Positions 40,152-54,969 of a stretch of DNA of 64,000 nucleotides are shown in pieces. Positions within the stretch are counted from its first letter, which is position 1. Each line of letters begins with the position of its first letter. Origin of the DNA: Eledone cirrhosa (taxonomy: Eukaryota); contig OZ024742.1 of the NCBI GenBank assembly GCA_964016885.1, positions 143,902,001-143,966,000 on the forward strand, read 5' to 3'. The position numbers were made by a program, and so were the translations under genes. The notes under the pieces are model-generated. The model was not told the origin of the DNA. It was given only the letters and a program-made list of their open reading frames with translations, and ran no database searches.

Positions 40152-40845
40152 AATGAGGAGGAATATGTTGAGACAGATGGCACTAAGGAATACTGGTGGA
40201 ACCTGAAAATAAAAACTGTCACCAAATTAAAGCGCAATCGGCCTGATATTGTTGTATGGGGCCGCACATGAAGACGTGCTCTGTTGTAGAGTTCAGCTGC
40301 CCACTTGATGTCAACGTTGTAAGAAAAGTACAAGAGAAGGAGGACATCTACGGACCATTGATGAGGAGCTTACAAATCCAGTATCCAAGATACACTTTCA
40401 GCTTCATACCCATCATTATTGGAGGGATTGGCAGTATCGGTAGAGGGTCGGACGCCATGCTTTCCAGCATAGTTACGTCCCTTTACGATCTGAGTTCAAA
40501 TCCCGCCGAGGTTGACTTTGCCTTTCATCCTTACGGAGTCGATAAAATAAAGTACCAGTAATGCACTGGGTATTTGCTGGCCTTGTGCCTAAAGTAGAAA
40601 CAATTATTGGAGCTTACATGTTATATACCAACCCGCTTGGACCAAAGTATAACTGAACTTGGATTTGTGGACAAAGAGCACAGCTCCCTAATTCATAGAC
40701 TACAGATGGCTGCGATAGCTGGCACCTTCAAAATTTGCAAAACATTCTTGCGATTCAAGGGATGACAATTTCCTTTCTTTTACAACCTTGCCACCAGGAA
40801 GGTGGCCGGTCAAAAATGTACTCGAAATTAAGGGAAAGAGAAACA
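40152..40845 (+). mobile_element. R4/Dong-like LINE 3' end (restriction-like endonuclease), split by a SINE
   Basis: EYWWN..NRPDIVVW..VVEFSCP..EKEDIY..IPIIIG..KICKTFL; CATA-type repeats at both ends. Confidence 0.85.
40425..40602 (+). mobile_element. SINE family A with 10-bp TSD
   Basis: TSD attattggag at 40415-40424 and 40603-40612. Confidence 0.95.
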
Positions 40846-40885
40846 CACATAAATACATAAACACATACATGCATACACATATACA

Positions 40886-40957
<72 letters not shown>

Positions 40958-41215
40958 GTGAATTAAAGAATTCATTTTATCTTTTGCCTGTGGAGGCTTC
41001 CGGTAGCGGTAAAGTGTCACAGATGTCAACGAAGGCACATGATAGAGTGAGTGACAGAGAGGGTGAAGGGTGGGTGGGGGGGGGGGGGGAGAGCTGTTTA
41101 TTACTTCTGTGTTGTGCGGTCTTGAGAACGATTTAGAGATGCATAGATGTACGTACATGCATGCTTACATAGACATACACACAGACATACCTAGATACAT
41201 ACATACATACCTATA

Positions 41216-41249
<34 letters not shown>

Positions 41250-41417
41250 CATACATATATACATACATGAATATACATACATACCTATATACATACATAC
41301 GTACATATATACATACATGAATACACATATGCATACATTCTAAATTATAGAATTATCAAGCCATTTGAACTGATTTCTCTAAATTACACACACACACACA
41401 CACACGCACACACACAC

Positions 41418-41744
<327 letters not shown>

Positions 41745-41812
41745 ATATATATACTGGCTCTAGCGAGGTCTCATGTTTATTGATATAGTATACGCTTTCA
41801 TACACACGCCTA

Positions 41813-41917
<105 letters not shown>

Positions 41918-43007
41918 CGTGCGAAATATAAACGGAAAATAACACATGAATCTAAGAATCTAAAGTAAACTTTTAACCAACTAAATGTTTTGCGCAGCGC
42001 TTTTTCTTTTATGGTCGCCACTTGGTAATGAAGCTGACCTACAACTCCCATAGATATCATTTGTTTACATATGTAGGAAAAGTGTTAATAGCAGTCTCTA
42101 GAAAACGGCTAAAAAAATTCAGTACTGGATTGTAATTGAATCTATCTTATTAAATCGGATTAAGTATGCTAGAAACACAAATGTTCAGTGAACCCGAAAT
42201 ATCGTGTGACACTTCTGTTATTGGGGTTGTTGTTGTTTTCTCGTTCTTTCCTCAAGACATTAAAAATATTCCCACTGGGACTTCAGCCATGTCTTAGTAA
42301 CAACCTTTGAGGTCGTTCTTTTAAACTAGAAACTCTTGGATATTAACCTCAGGTCAAGATACTGAAATTTTAATAGTTATTGAATTTTCAATTTTCGACG
42401 AGATATTTCTTATGAGACAAATTTTCCATTTGATATCACATTGGTTATTCGTTCTTCCATGTTTCTACTTGACACATCAACACAATAACAGTTTTCTAAT
42501 GTTATTATTGTGATATCAACGTTCCCACTTGATACTTCAAATATCAATATTCGATTACATAAATGCATTATTGATTCATGCAGCATTGAAATTACACTAG
42601 ATTTGTCTGATTGTAACTACAGTTATGGTGTTTTTAAAAACCCATTGTAAACGTTTTAAGTCATAAGCATAAACTTTAGACAGTTAGTCACAGCTTAGAC
42701 ATCAAGGATATTTCTATCTGTACCATAAACATAAAAGTAATTTCTAACATAGAAACAAAGCCTTGTATTAGTAACGGTTTCGTGCCCGTAAATATGACTA
42801 GATCTTTCTGATGCAATAATATATAAGTGAAATTTGAAATAGAGAAGCTGACAAACTAACGCTTTAAAAACTAATCGCACTGCACAAAATGGGTTGACAG
42901 GTGTCTGAAAAGAATTGGTATCTTTGCTGGTGGTGTATATGCTGGGAGTTTTGGTATGCCAGTTCGAGGATGGAGTTACTTGGCCCCGATCATCTCGCAC
43001 GAACCAT

Positions 43008-43066
<59 letters not shown>

Positions 43067-43176
43067 TTCTGCGTTCACAGATTGATTTTTTTCAGTTTCA
43101 GAAGATCCCGTTAAGGGTGAAAGCAGCGATTATTTTCTTAAACTTTAATCTGTTATTTTAATAAATAATTAATATA

Positions 43177-43226
<50 letters not shown>

Positions 43227-43228
<2 letters not shown>

Positions 43229-43400
43229 AACCAGTAAGACCCCGACAGCTGAGCTCAAGCCGTTTCGACGAATTAGCCGTCGAAACGGCTTGAGCTCAGC
43301 TGTCGGGGTCTTACTGGTTCCTATTACCCACTCTACTACCTCAAGTATTGAGTACTTTGGTGCGTTATGGTCCACCTGGTTCCTTACCACATTTCCTTCG

Positions 43401-43402
<2 letters not shown>
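43227..43402 (+). mobile_element. Family P1 copy 6
   Basis: Inverted repeat 43227-43321 plus body; (TA)n flanks. Confidence 0.9.
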
Positions 43403-43473
<71 letters not shown>

Positions 43474-43516
43474 ATAAGAAACGGAGAATCAGTGGTGCGA
43501 CGAATAAAATTTATTT

Positions 43517-43611
43517 GACATATTACAATCGTTTCTCTAGCGACCAGCTCGAGGCACGATCGATGCAATGATCTAACCTGACTCTGTAATCGCAAGGTCC
43601 TCAGGTACGTC
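43517..43611 (-). ncRNA. Hammerhead-like motif with long helix II insert
   Basis: Minus: gacgtac-CTGAGGA...GAAA-cgatt-GTA-atatgtc; helix I 6/7 paired. Confidence 0.5.
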
Positions 43612-43866
43612 GCGATTCTTGGAAGCAGAGTTTCCATGTGATATTATACTCTGCTCTGTAAAAGCATCGAGTGCTCAAACGGCCTACCGCAAGCATCCCA
43701 CACCAATTTTATATATATGTATATATGTAAGAATATTTTCGAAACAGCGAGCGGGTTTGAAATTATTATAAATGTAAGCTATCGCCGTATTTTGACTAAA
43801 GAAATTAAAGAAATTATTTAGCCTGATAGTGGGGTTAAGAAGCCTCGGAGAAATGGAAAAAGATGA

Positions 43867-43914
<48 letters not shown>

Positions 43915-44071
43915 GTTGTACTTTGGGAGGGTCATGTTGCCAATAAGAAACACACGCACCAGTTGCTTTCACTTCAATTTATTATATATTTATAAATTTA
44001 TAAATCTACAAATCTACAAACTTATAAATTTCTGGTTGGTTGGTTCCACAACCAGATAGTTGTTTATATAT

Positions 44072-44116
44072 AGTCATAGTCCTTTCGTCACACACTCTGT
44101 GACCTCTTCAGTGACT
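44072..44116 (-). ncRNA. Minimal hammerhead motif in a TA-flanked PLE-like fragment (43911-44340)
   Basis: Minus: agtca-CTGAAGA-g-gtcaca-gagtg-tgtgac-GAAA-gga-CTA-tgact; perfect 5-bp helix I, 6-bp helix II. Confidence 0.7.
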
Positions 44117-44345
44117 GGGGATTCCTTTCTTTGTTTCTGTGCCTTTCCTTTCTTCTGTCCTACGCCATTTTGTTTCTGTGTGTGTGTTGTGTGCTCAGTT
44201 TGCGCATGCGCCACATCCGGGTGTCTGTGTGTGTTTGTGTTCATTTATCTATTTGTTTATTTATTTACATGTTGTTGGTTGGTTGTTTGTTCTATGTGTG
44301 TGTGTGTTTTTATTTGCTAAACATTTTTATATGTAATATAAAAAG

Positions 44346-46736
44346 TCAATCAGGGCATCACCGAAGAGGTAAGTGCTCGTCTTCAGCCCTTTCAAACGTG
44401 TCCACCATACTATCTCTTTCGCCATGGCCACCAGACAGATAAAAACTGCCTGCCCTTCCCGGCTAAAGGAAGAGGGCGGGACATTCTCACGATGGACTCA
44501 GATGATAACCGGATCCGTCCTACACGCGACAGCAGGTGTTCGACATAAACCCACAAGTCAGCAATTTTCGGACACTGGACGAGTTTCGTCGCCCTGCGCG
44601 CATCTCGGACATGCCCGGTTGACGGCACCTCCATGCCTGTAGAGTTTATCCCGAACTGGCAAGGCTCCTCGGTAGCACTCCCAGGCCAGAGATTTCTGGA
44701 AGTTGTCCATAGGCCCCGGCCCGAAAGTTCTTCCGAAGAGATCGGCTAGTTCATTTTCGTCGACGCCTAGAGTTTCCCCAAGTACGTCGTCGCTCTTCCC
44801 CTCCACTAATCCTCTATAGAACACCGAGGTGGAGTTTCCACCGATCACATTGCCCGATTGGTCGAGGGCTGTGAGCGCCTGAAGACATTCCAGTCTCCAG
44901 GCGCTCCCTCTCGGTCTTCGCTTGACCCAGGACTGCAGCTCCGTCAAGGAAACGAGCTGGGGAAAGAAGTGGAGATGTCGTAGCCTGAGTGCGTGTCTGC
45001 GCATCATCAGCCACGGCATGCCCAGCCCTCCACGTAGTGGGTGTTGACAACAGATGGACCGCCTGACCATCGGAGCGCGTCCCTTCCACAAAAAGGGAAA
45101 GAGCAAACGCTCCAGCGCAGTCAGGCGGGGCTTAGGACAAAGTACGACGGTCAGGCGGTAGCAGATGACAGACGCGATGTACGCGTTAGCCACCACCGCT
45201 CGACCTTTCAGGGATAGCTTCCTCTCCGCCCATTTCTGGGTGAGAGAAGCCACCCTGCTCGTCACCTCGTCCCAGTTTTTGTCCGTCTGGAGATCCGGAC
45301 CGAACCAGACCCCTAGCAATTTAACCGGTCCGTCTGTCCAGCGCCCGACGACGCTGTTGGGCGGCATGGACCTGCCTCTCCAGGTGCCGAGCTGCAGGCT
45401 CACTGACTTTTCCTGGTTGATCATTGCTCCTGTCACCGCTTCGTATTCTTTTAGTGTAGTGCCGATCGCCTCGATGTGTTTGGCGTTCGACACCACTACG
45501 GTGACATCGTCCGCATATGCTGACACGGATCTTCCGCATCCTAGTTCGCGCGGGACGCACCTCAACGTCTCCAGTTTGTGCAGTAATGGCTCGAGAGTCA
45601 ATACGTACAAGAAGGACGAGAGGGGACATCCTTGGAGGACCGAGCGCATGATGTTGAACGGTTCCGAAAGGTGACCGTTCACTCTCACAACAGAGCAGAT
45701 GTCGCTGTGCATGGCAGCGATCCAGCCTCTGAAGACGGGCCCAAAGCCAGCCGCCCTCAGGACTGCTGCTAGGTAACGATGGTCGACCCTATCGAAAGCT
45801 TTAGACTGATCAAGGACCCACCCGTGCCAGGTTCCCTAGCTACCCTCTCCACGATGTATCGCATGAGGTGGAGGTTGTCGTGGATGGATCTGTCGGGAAT
45901 GGCGCATGTCTGCGCCTCTCCCACCAGACCACCAACGACAAGCGCCAACCTCTTTGCTAGCACCTTGGCCAAAATCTTGAACTCTGTGTTTAGCAGAGTT
46001 ATGGGCCTGAAATTATCTATGTTATCCCCCTTGTTCGGATCCTTTCTCAGCAGCGCCACCGCTCCCCGGCTCACAAAACTGGAAATGCTTCCGTTCTGCT
46101 GCCAGTTGCAGTAGACGTCTGCCAAGAGGTCACCGAACAAGTCTGGCATAAATGCATAAAGCTCGTAGGGCAGACCATCCAAACCTGGCGATTTACCCCT
46201 CGTTCAGTTAGCCATCGCTTCCCGCATTTCACCGGCTGTTATTGGCTTTTAGTAACACTGTGCTGCGGTCGTCGAGATATGCACTGAAGTCCATACCCCG
46301 ATGCGGCCTGCCGCTGCTCCCGAACAGTTCAGCAAAGTGCTGCGGAAAAGCTTCACACATCTGCTCGGGTTCGAGCAACACGCGCCCGTTTTGGTCAGAT
46401 AAAGACCGAATTGTGACTTTGTTGCCACGTCGCGCCTCTGCCATCCGGGCCCATTGGACGGCTTTTGTCCCCTCGTGTTTCAGAGCACACGCTCTAGCTC
46501 TGACAACACAGCCTTCGTGTTTTGCGTTGAAGAATTGGTCGAGTGCCAATCTCGCCGCAAGCACGTCGGTTGCGATGCCTGTCCTAAACGCCTCTCCCTC
46601 TGCTCTATTTTCCTCTATCACTAGTCCTTTGCTGAACCTAATCGACTCTACTTTAATTGCTCTTTTCAGGGCGAACCACCATCTGTTGTTGACGTCCGCT
46701 CCCGTCAACGCCCACTTAACTAATACGCTAATCCGG
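44346..46736 (-). mobile_element. Tx1/L1-like LINE copy D (diverged subfamily, truncated at both ends)
   Basis: DGLPYE, FRPITLLN, QGCPLS, AYADD, CPRC motifs in frameshifted ORFs; no GATA flanks. Confidence 0.95.
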
Positions 46737-46982
46737 GAAAGACGCGTTCCTCAATCCAAGGTTATCTAGGAACATAATTAAATACAATAACAATCGTTCC
46801 CAGAAAGGGTCCTTAATGCCAAAGGCCTGTTAACGGGGAACTCAGTCAACACCGTATCAAGGTATGGCATATATATACATAATTAATACCAGCCATTGCT
46901 TAAATTGAATGTAAATGTAACTAAGTAAAAATCACACGCGATATTATATATATATAAATACATATATATATAACGTCTAATG

Positions 46983-47254
46983 TCTGTCTTAAGCCAGAAG
47001 GCTCATTTGGCCGATGCTTATCCCGGTTTCATGGCGTGAAGCGACTGAGAGTACAAGAGTTCCTCCTGGACAGGACGCCAGTCCATCGCAGGATTAAACC
47101 CTCAGCTATTACTGGTACTCATTTTCAGCTGAGTATACTGGAGCAACGTGAAATGAAGTGTTTTGCTCAAGAACATAAATTGCAACCCAGGAATCGAACC
47201 CACGACATTATTATCGTAAGTCCAACACCATTACCTCTAGGTCCCGTGCCTCCA
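46983..47254 (-). mobile_element. SINE family B
   Basis: Reverse complement of 18562-18835. Confidence 0.9.
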
Positions 47255-47268
47255 CACACACACACACG

Positions 47269-47359
<91 letters not shown>

Positions 47360-47664
47360 TGATCTGATGATCTGAAAGGCAAGGGGCTTGGATGAATGAT
47401 AAATTTGTGAAATCCACCATTCTAATTGACTGAATATTCAATGACGTCACTTGTTTTTGCCAGGGTGTGTTGTCCAATTTCTGTTTCTTTTTTTTTCTTC
47501 TTTTGTGGATATCCAAGTTTGGGTGGTAAACAACCACGTCAGAATAAACTGTTTTCAAAGTTTCGAATTTTGGGAGAAACCTGTCACATGAGAAAGACGC
47601 AAATGTTATTTAATGGTAAATGTTGGTAGTAAGCACCCTCTGTATGTAACACCAACTAATGCCA

Positions 47665-48069
47665 GATTGGCAGTATCGGTAGAGCGTCGGACAACAGGAT
47701 TTATAGCATAGGGTTACGCCCCTTTACGATCTGGATACAAATCCTGCTGAGGTTAGCTTTGTCTTTCATCCTTACAGGGTCGATAAAATAAAGTACCAGT
47801 AATGTACTGGGATAATTGCTGGCCTTGTGCCAAAAGTAAAAACAATTATTATTATGGATTGGCAGTATCGGTAAAGCGTCGGACACAATGCTTGGTGGCA
47901 TAGAGTTTTGTCCCTTTGCGTTCTGAGTTCAAATCCCGCCGAGGTTAGCTTTGCCTTTCATCCTTACAGGGTCGATAAAATAAAGAGCCAGTAATACACT
48001 GGGGTCGATTTAATTGACTTTCGCCTCTCCTTCAAATCGCTGGCCTTGTGCCTAAAGTAGAAACAATTA
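47665..48069 (+). mobile_element. Two head-to-tail SINE family A copies
   Basis: 47665-47853 and 47856-48069, joined at an (att)n tail. Confidence 0.9.
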
Positions 48070-48279
48070 CTTACAGAATTACCGTCTAATATCATCAAAA
48101 TACGCCCCCGACTATTATAACCATCAACAACGTGGCCCACACCGCACCTCTCCAGTAAACAATTATTAAACTCGTTTGCGCTATTATCACCACCATCGCC
48201 ACTGCCACCACTGTTGTATTACCATCATTACTACGACATACACAACCATCACACTCACCACGCCCTTGCAACTACAATC

Positions 48280-48912
48280 ACCACCACCACCACCACCACT
48301 ACCACCACACCATCAACAACAACAACATCACCATTACCACCACCACCGCCACCACGATTATATAACTACATAGTCACTACATCCAACACCAGAGGATTGC
48401 CAACACTCCCCACCATCCACCGCCACCACCACCACCACCACCACACCATCAACAACAACAACAACATCACCATTACCACCACCGCCACCACGATTATATA
48501 ACTACATAGTCACTACATCCAACACCAGAGGATTGCCAACACTCCCCACCACAACCACCACCACCACCACCACCACACCATCAACAACAACAACATCACC
48601 ATTACCACCACCGCCACCACGATTATATAACTACATAGTCACTACATCCAACACCAGAGGATTGCCAACACTCCCCACCACAACCACCACCACCACCACC
48701 ACCACCACACCACCAACCACCACCACCACCACCACCACCACCACGACACCATCAACAACAACAGCATCACCATTACCACCACCACCACCACCACCACCAC
48801 AACCACCACCACCACCACCACCACAACCAACACCACCACCACCACCACCACCACCACCACCACCACCACCACCACAACCAACACCACCACCACCACCACC
48901 ACCACCATCATC
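48280..48912. repeat. (CCA)n-rich minisatellite, ~120-140-bp unit x3.5
   Basis: cacgattatataactacatagtcactacatccaacaccagaggattgccaacactccc occurs three times. Confidence 0.95.
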
Positions 48913-49495
48913 AGACTCCAACCACCTCAAAATTTAATATAACTCCCATACTATCAACTTATCATATGTACTCCCGCCATCACTAACACCACCACCATCA
49001 CCATTCCCACCACCAATCGGTAGGCATGAGTCTAGTAGCTGAAAATATTAACAATTTAGTTGATTTGATTTTGCACCTATTTCTGCATCGAGTTGCACCA
49101 GTTTACATTGAAACTCTGCACATATTGTATTTCCTGGTAATGTACTAACACGAAGTTTATGTTGGTTTTTAGTTACAAGCATCTTCGAGAATTAACTAGC
49201 CATACAAAAAAACCAGTGTTGTTTTCGTTTATTTTCGTTAAAATTTTATTACATATATACTGTATATATTTCCAGAAACGAACCGATACCTGTGGTGATT
49301 ATGTATGTACGCACGTAAGTATATGTGTATATATGTATGAATGTATGTAAATACGTATGTATGTATGTATGTATGTATGTATGTATGTATGTATGTATGT
49401 ATGTATTTATGTATGTATGTATGTATTTATGTATGTAAATACGTATGTATGTATGAATGTATGTAAATACGTATGTATGTATGTATGTATGTATG

Positions 49496-49531
<36 letters not shown>

Positions 49532-49610
49532 TATGTATGTATGAATGTATGTAAATACGTATGTATGTATGTATGTATGTATGTATGTATGTATGTATGT
49601 ATGTATGTAT

Positions 49611-50490
49611 GTTCTTCTGGTTTTGTAATTTCACAAAGTTTTACCAATAGAGAGAGAGAGTCGGTTTCTAACATAGACACAAGACTCTCTCATTGGAATT
49701 TACACATCATCAACTAGGTAGATATGTATGTATGTCTGCATGCATGCATGTGTAGATATGGATGTTATTGTATGTGTGGATGTGGATGTTTTGAGTTGTA
49801 TGTGTACATGTGTATATGCTTTGTATCTGTACATGTGTATATGCAGTTATTAGATGAAACATTTTTGGAATGTTTTACATATTTTTACTGTTCCATTAAT
49901 GGATTGTACTTGTAATTTCCTAACTAGTTGTGTTCTTTCTGTTCCTGTGAAGCCTAGCTTCTCAAGATTAGTATTGAGGCAGTTACTAACATACCCCAGT
50001 GCCCCAATAATCACAGGCATAAATCTGAAGGTGTAATCAGGGTGGAGTATCTGCAGATTTCTCATCAGTTCTGCATAAATATTCTCCTTTTCGCTAATCT
50101 TTGATATTATATTGACATCTGCTGGGCAGCTAATTTCCACTACTGTACATGCTTTCCTCTCCCTATCCCATATCATAATATCTGGTCTGTTATGCCTGCA
50201 TTTTATTGGGGTTTTTACTGGAACATTCCACCAGTACTCTTTCATATTATGTACATGGATGTCTTCCACATTGCTGTAGCTTTTAATGTGTTTATTATCG
50301 GGCTATCTTTTTTACGGACTGCATTGTACAGTGTTTTGGCCACTATATCATGCCTCATAGGTAGATAGTACCGCGATGACATCTTTGGGCAGCTGCTGAT
50401 GACATGGGTGATATCCTCGATGTTAGTTCTGCAGAGTCTGCCCTTGTTATCACATCTAGGTGCTTTGCCTACATCCCTATCTCTTTTGTG
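49611..50490 (-). mobile_element. R4/Dong-like LINE 3' part
   Basis: RLC..EDITHVISSC..RHD, EYWWN..HNRPDIMIWD..VEISCP..EKENIY..PVIIGALG; (TATG)n on both sides. Confidence 0.9.
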
Positions 50491-50981
50491 AATTATGTAT
50501 GTATGTATGTATTTGTATGTATGTATCTGTGTATGCATGTATGTATGTGTGTATGTTTGTATGTATGTATGTATGTATGTATGTATGTATGTGTATGTAT
50601 GTATCTATGTATGTATGCATGTATGCGTGTATGCATGCATGTATTATGAAATTAGGCAAATAATAAAATATAGTCTTCTTATTGGTTAATGAAACACAAG
50701 GGATAAATCTCAAGTTCTCAGCACCACAGCGTCAATATCTTATTGAACAGTACTGTTCAATCTCTTAATTCTCGCCCGAATTCGTTTAATTTCTAGCTGG
50801 AGTGTTTCCGGACTACACACATAATAAAAAAAAAACAACAACATTATCATAACCCCCTCTCCTTCTCGTCCTCTCACCTCTCGCACATACACACTTCTCG
50901 CTAACATGAACAACATGAGAGTGGAACTCTCAAATGACTACAAATGCGAATCTTCACCATCATTGAGGATCTCGGCGATTG

Positions 50982-51305
50982 TGTTGTTGGCACTCCGTCG
51001 GTTTCGACGGCGAGTGTTCCAGTTGATTTGATCAACCTAAACGCCTGCTCATGAAATAAGTGTGCAAGTGACTAAGCATTCCACAGACATACGATGTGTA
51101 CCCTTAAAGTAGTTCTCTGGAAAATTCAGCATGGCATAAAGTATAAAAATGATGGCCTTTTGAATTACAGTTACAACTCATTTTTACCAGCTGAGTAACG
51201 TGAAATATAGTGTCTTACTCAAGGACACAACTCGCCTCCGAGAATCGCACTCTCGACCGTATAATTGTGAACGGAATACCCTAACCACTAAGTAATGTGC
51301 CTTCA
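50982..51305 (-). mobile_element. CORE-like SINE with alternative 3' part
   Basis: gtgtccttgagtaagacactatatttcacgttactcagctg core on minus; caacaac tail. Confidence 0.65.
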
Positions 51306-52029
51306 TTGGCGATTGTACAGCCCCATCTAAATTAAAAACTGCGTCATATAGGCTGGTCTTCCTCTCCAAGGCCAGAAATACGACCAGTAAACTTTGCAAA
51401 GTTCAGATGAGTCCCACGAATATTTCTGTGATATCTAGGATGGTGCTACTACACAACCAATACAACATATAAAAATAGGTCATTCGACTAATTGACATGA
51501 AGTTAGTCATCAACACTCACAGATGTGCTGTCTCCGCTTAGCCTTTTCTACCGCTGATACAATACCCTCGATCATAAGAGATGATTTTTCTTCACGCCGC
51601 TTCTACTCAGACACTGCCAACTCACTCGTTTTTGTTCCTCTCATCATCCATATTGAGTTTACCAGGTCCCACTTTAATCCCAATGTTCAGTCCTTCTTCA
51701 AAACATTGGCCGTCAAGAATTATTTATATACTCATGGTTTTCCTGCTGCCTTCAAGGATGGGACATTACTCGCACCGATATCATCGGTCTGGAGGGTCTG
51801 CGAAAGCCATAAGTACAACACTTTTTTCCAGATTAATCCAATATTAAATCTACAGAAAATGCATCTTGGTGTGGGCTAATTTCCGTATTGGTGTTAATTT
51901 GCCAAATATCAAGATATTCTATATAAATATACTAATAGCTGTCTCAGTGGCCTAGCGGTAAATACTAGAGACGGTGGAGATCCTGGTATTAGGTTCAATC
52001 CTGGTCAAGAGGTACATGTAATCTTTCAT

Positions 52030-52206
52030 GGGCGGTGGATTGGCAGTATCGGTAGAGGGTCGGATGCCATGCTTTGACGCATAGAGTTACAGCCCTTGCC
52101 ATTCTGAGTTCAAATCCCGCCGAGGTTAACTTTGCTTTTCATCCTTACAGGGTCGATAAAATGCACTGGGTAATTGCTGGTCTTGTGCCAAAAGTAGAAA
52201 CAATTA
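52030..52206 (+). mobile_element. SINE family A
   Basis: Full head gggcggtggattggcagtatcggtag. Confidence 0.9.
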
Positions 52207-52796
52207 TATATAAATATACTTCAGTGTAACAATTCTTAAATGTTCATGCTATGATGTTATTTCAGTATTTTTTTTTTTTTTTACTGTTGGGTTCAGTTAT
52301 TGAATTGCGGACATGCTGGGGCATCAATACATCGTACTGATAACAATTATCATCTCTGTTATTAGTCTATTTACAAAGGATTTCGAAGAAGTATCAATAT
52401 ATAAAAGTTCCCACAGACGAAGAAAGACGAGGAGCGGCATTAGAATTTACTTTCGTCTTTCTATGCTATAAAGTAAATTCAATTATTAAACGTACTTTCT
52501 TTGAAGTATGTTCTTGTCTTTTCCCCTTCTCCACAACTCCTTACATTTTAGTAGCTTTATTATCTTGCTTGGGGTGAAAAAGAAAACGCTATTTAACGAT
52601 TTCCTTTATCTTTAACACATCTAATTTTGTTTGATTTCAAATGAGTTCTCTTACTCTGATGGAAATATAAGAGCAAAAGGTAAACATGTGGAAAGCAAGC
52701 ATAGATTTGAAGAATTCAATCCAAGTGCAATCCGTATTTCCATTTAGTGATTCATAACCACTTTACTTTAAGACTGACCTACCAATACTGCCTAAA

Positions 52797-53010
52797 GTCT
52801 GTCTCGAGCCCGGAGGCTCACCAGACCGATACTTATCCCAGTTTCCGTGGCGGCATGAAGCGACTTAGAGTACAAGATTCCCCTCGACAGGACGCTAGGC
52901 CATCGCAGAGTTAAACCCCCCAACTATTGCTGTTAATCATTTTCAGCTGAGTATACTGGAGCAACGTGAAATGAAGTGATTTGCCCGAGAACACAACACA
53001 CAACCTGGTC
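52797..53010 (-). mobile_element. SINE family B, 5'-truncated
   Basis: Similar to 46983-47200. Confidence 0.85.
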
Positions 53011-53245
53011 CAAGAACACTGTACTGTACTAGAGAATATATGTATAGATTTTTAGACGTAAACACGGTGTTTACAACTTTCTGTACATTTAGATAGCTAA
53101 AAATCCAGCAATGAAACAAAACGTTGTTAACGCACCATTGATTTATTAAACGAACTTGATGCCATGAACGCACTATACATAGACAAATTGATTTATTCAA
53201 TTTACTTAGAAATAGTGAGTTTATATACAGCTTCGTGAAAAGTCC

Positions 53246-53293
53246 TCAGTCGCTGATGAAATGTCCATACAGAATTGAAATTAGTCTTGCTGA
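53246..53293 (+). ncRNA. Decayed hammerhead-like motif
   Basis: tcagtcg-CTGATGA-aat..att-GAAA-tta-GTC-ttgctga. Confidence 0.45.
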
Positions 53294-53494
53294 CCCATCT
53301 TTTTCTGTCCACAAAGATATTGTATAAATATAGTGAAAGTGTTTATATTTTTATATGCATACCCTGTTGACTAAAACTGTCTATATAGTCTGCAGTACAA
53401 CTAAAACATGTTTAACGCATCAGCAATTTATTGACATATTAGTGTCTTAAGAAAAATTTCATGAAAGAAAATGCGTTAACTAATATACAATATA

Positions 53495-53885
53495 TTCTCC
53501 AGCGGCAACCTGGTGCAGTCTGCGACTAACCCAGGCCCGCTGCACTTCGGGCTGAGGAGGGTAAACTCTCCATATATCGGTCGAGCCCGTAGCAGTAGAG
53601 ACGTCTTGTGTCCTTGGCCCTATGGCCACCTCCCTACTCACCACCATTGGCACAGAATTGGCGGCTACGCGCAGGTGGGAGAAACGCGAGCTAGAATGGC
53701 TCTTCCACCGCGTTTCTCTCACCATCCTCCAGAGAAACGCTTTCTCTATTCTGTCCGCCGGGGCTGTGAGGCGGCCATGGACCCCATTTGCTCATAATAG
53801 TGAGATATGGGGAGAGCGGGGGGGGGGGGAGTGACAGCGGGAGTTTGGTTCCTTTGTGTTCGGACCTGGTGTATATATATATATA
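53495..53885 (+). mobile_element. CRE-like non-LTR retrotransposon 3' end
   Basis: PVAVETSCVLGP..LLTTIGTEL..RELEWLFHRVSLTILQRNAFSIL; same 3' UTR as 19983-20285. Confidence 0.8.
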
Positions 53886-54032
53886 TTTAGTAACCGCACC
53901 ACACACACACACACATTCAAAAGAAAAATATAATTGACTAAATATATATATTTAATCTCTGCACATATACAATACTAACACCACGGCTTCCATAACTACC
54001 TATTCCTACTGCGGACGTTACCACTTGGTATA

Positions 54033-54222
54033 CGAGGGTCGGCTGAAAATTTCACAGGCTGACTACGAAGGATTGATGCTAGAGCTGTGAAATCTTGCGT
54101 GCATTAATTTCAACTCTATTAATAACTACACTCTTTCTTTCCAGTGACTATGGTGAAAAATAAACCTCATTTGGTCATTCCAATCATGTAAGTCAGCCTA
54201 CGAAGTTTTGGCCCGACCCTCG
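54033..54222. mobile_element. Mariner-like MITE
   Basis: TIR CGAGGGTCGG...CCGACCCTCG with TA on both sides. Confidence 0.85.
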
Positions 54223-54810
54223 TATATAGTCTACAATATGCAAGATGGATGGACTCCATTCAATAAGGTTCATTCCATTTAATAGATAAGGGGCATATCA
54301 TCCCCTTCATTAATATTTCTAAAACTTATCTGACTTCTCGATGATTTTTGTTTTATTTTTCTCTTTAATTCGTTCGACATCTTGCAGCATGATAGACTCT
54401 TGTATTTTTTTACTTTTTCAGACTTTAGACTGCGACCATGCTACGGCAGAACCTTAAATGGATTTACTCGATTATATCGATTATATCGATTATATCGACT
54501 CCAGTACATATTTCATCGATCTATTTTTGTTGAACCGTTAAATTACGAGATATAAACATAGATACAAACGTAAAAACTAAAACGGATATACCCCCCCCCC
54601 CCCCCCTATATATGTGTGTGTGCGTGTGTGTGTGTGTGTAAATGGAATCCATCCCTTCAGTCACGAATGATCATGACATTTGGAGCTAATAAGTTCAGGA
54701 AAGGTTGTTTGTGGAAGATCCGCAGTCTCCCCTCTCCAAACACCGTGACTGAAATTTGTAGATGAAAACACTATAGATGCCTGTTGATTGATCTCTAATC
54801 ATTACTGTTC

Positions 54811-54969
54811 TTGGGTGTTAGACTTAATACACTGCCCAGTTTAACACCACTACCTGGCCCTTGGGTATTAGACTTAATCCATTGCTTAGTTTAATATCAC
54901 TACTTGGCTCTTGGGTGGTAGTTAGACTTAATACACTGCCCAGTTTAACACCATTACCTGGCCCTTGGG
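54811..54969. repeat. 50-bp minisatellite x3
   Basis: ttgggt..ttagacttaatacactgcccagtttaacaccactacctggccc units. Confidence 0.9.

Noticed and set aside
42000-42680. Non-repetitive AT-rich block possibly from an old transposase
   Set aside because: No recognisable motif in any frame.
51941-52012. tRNA-like sequences (gtggcctagcggta...ggttcaatcc) here and at SINE heads
   Set aside because: No complete cloverleaf or acceptor stem; consistent with SINE-derived heads.
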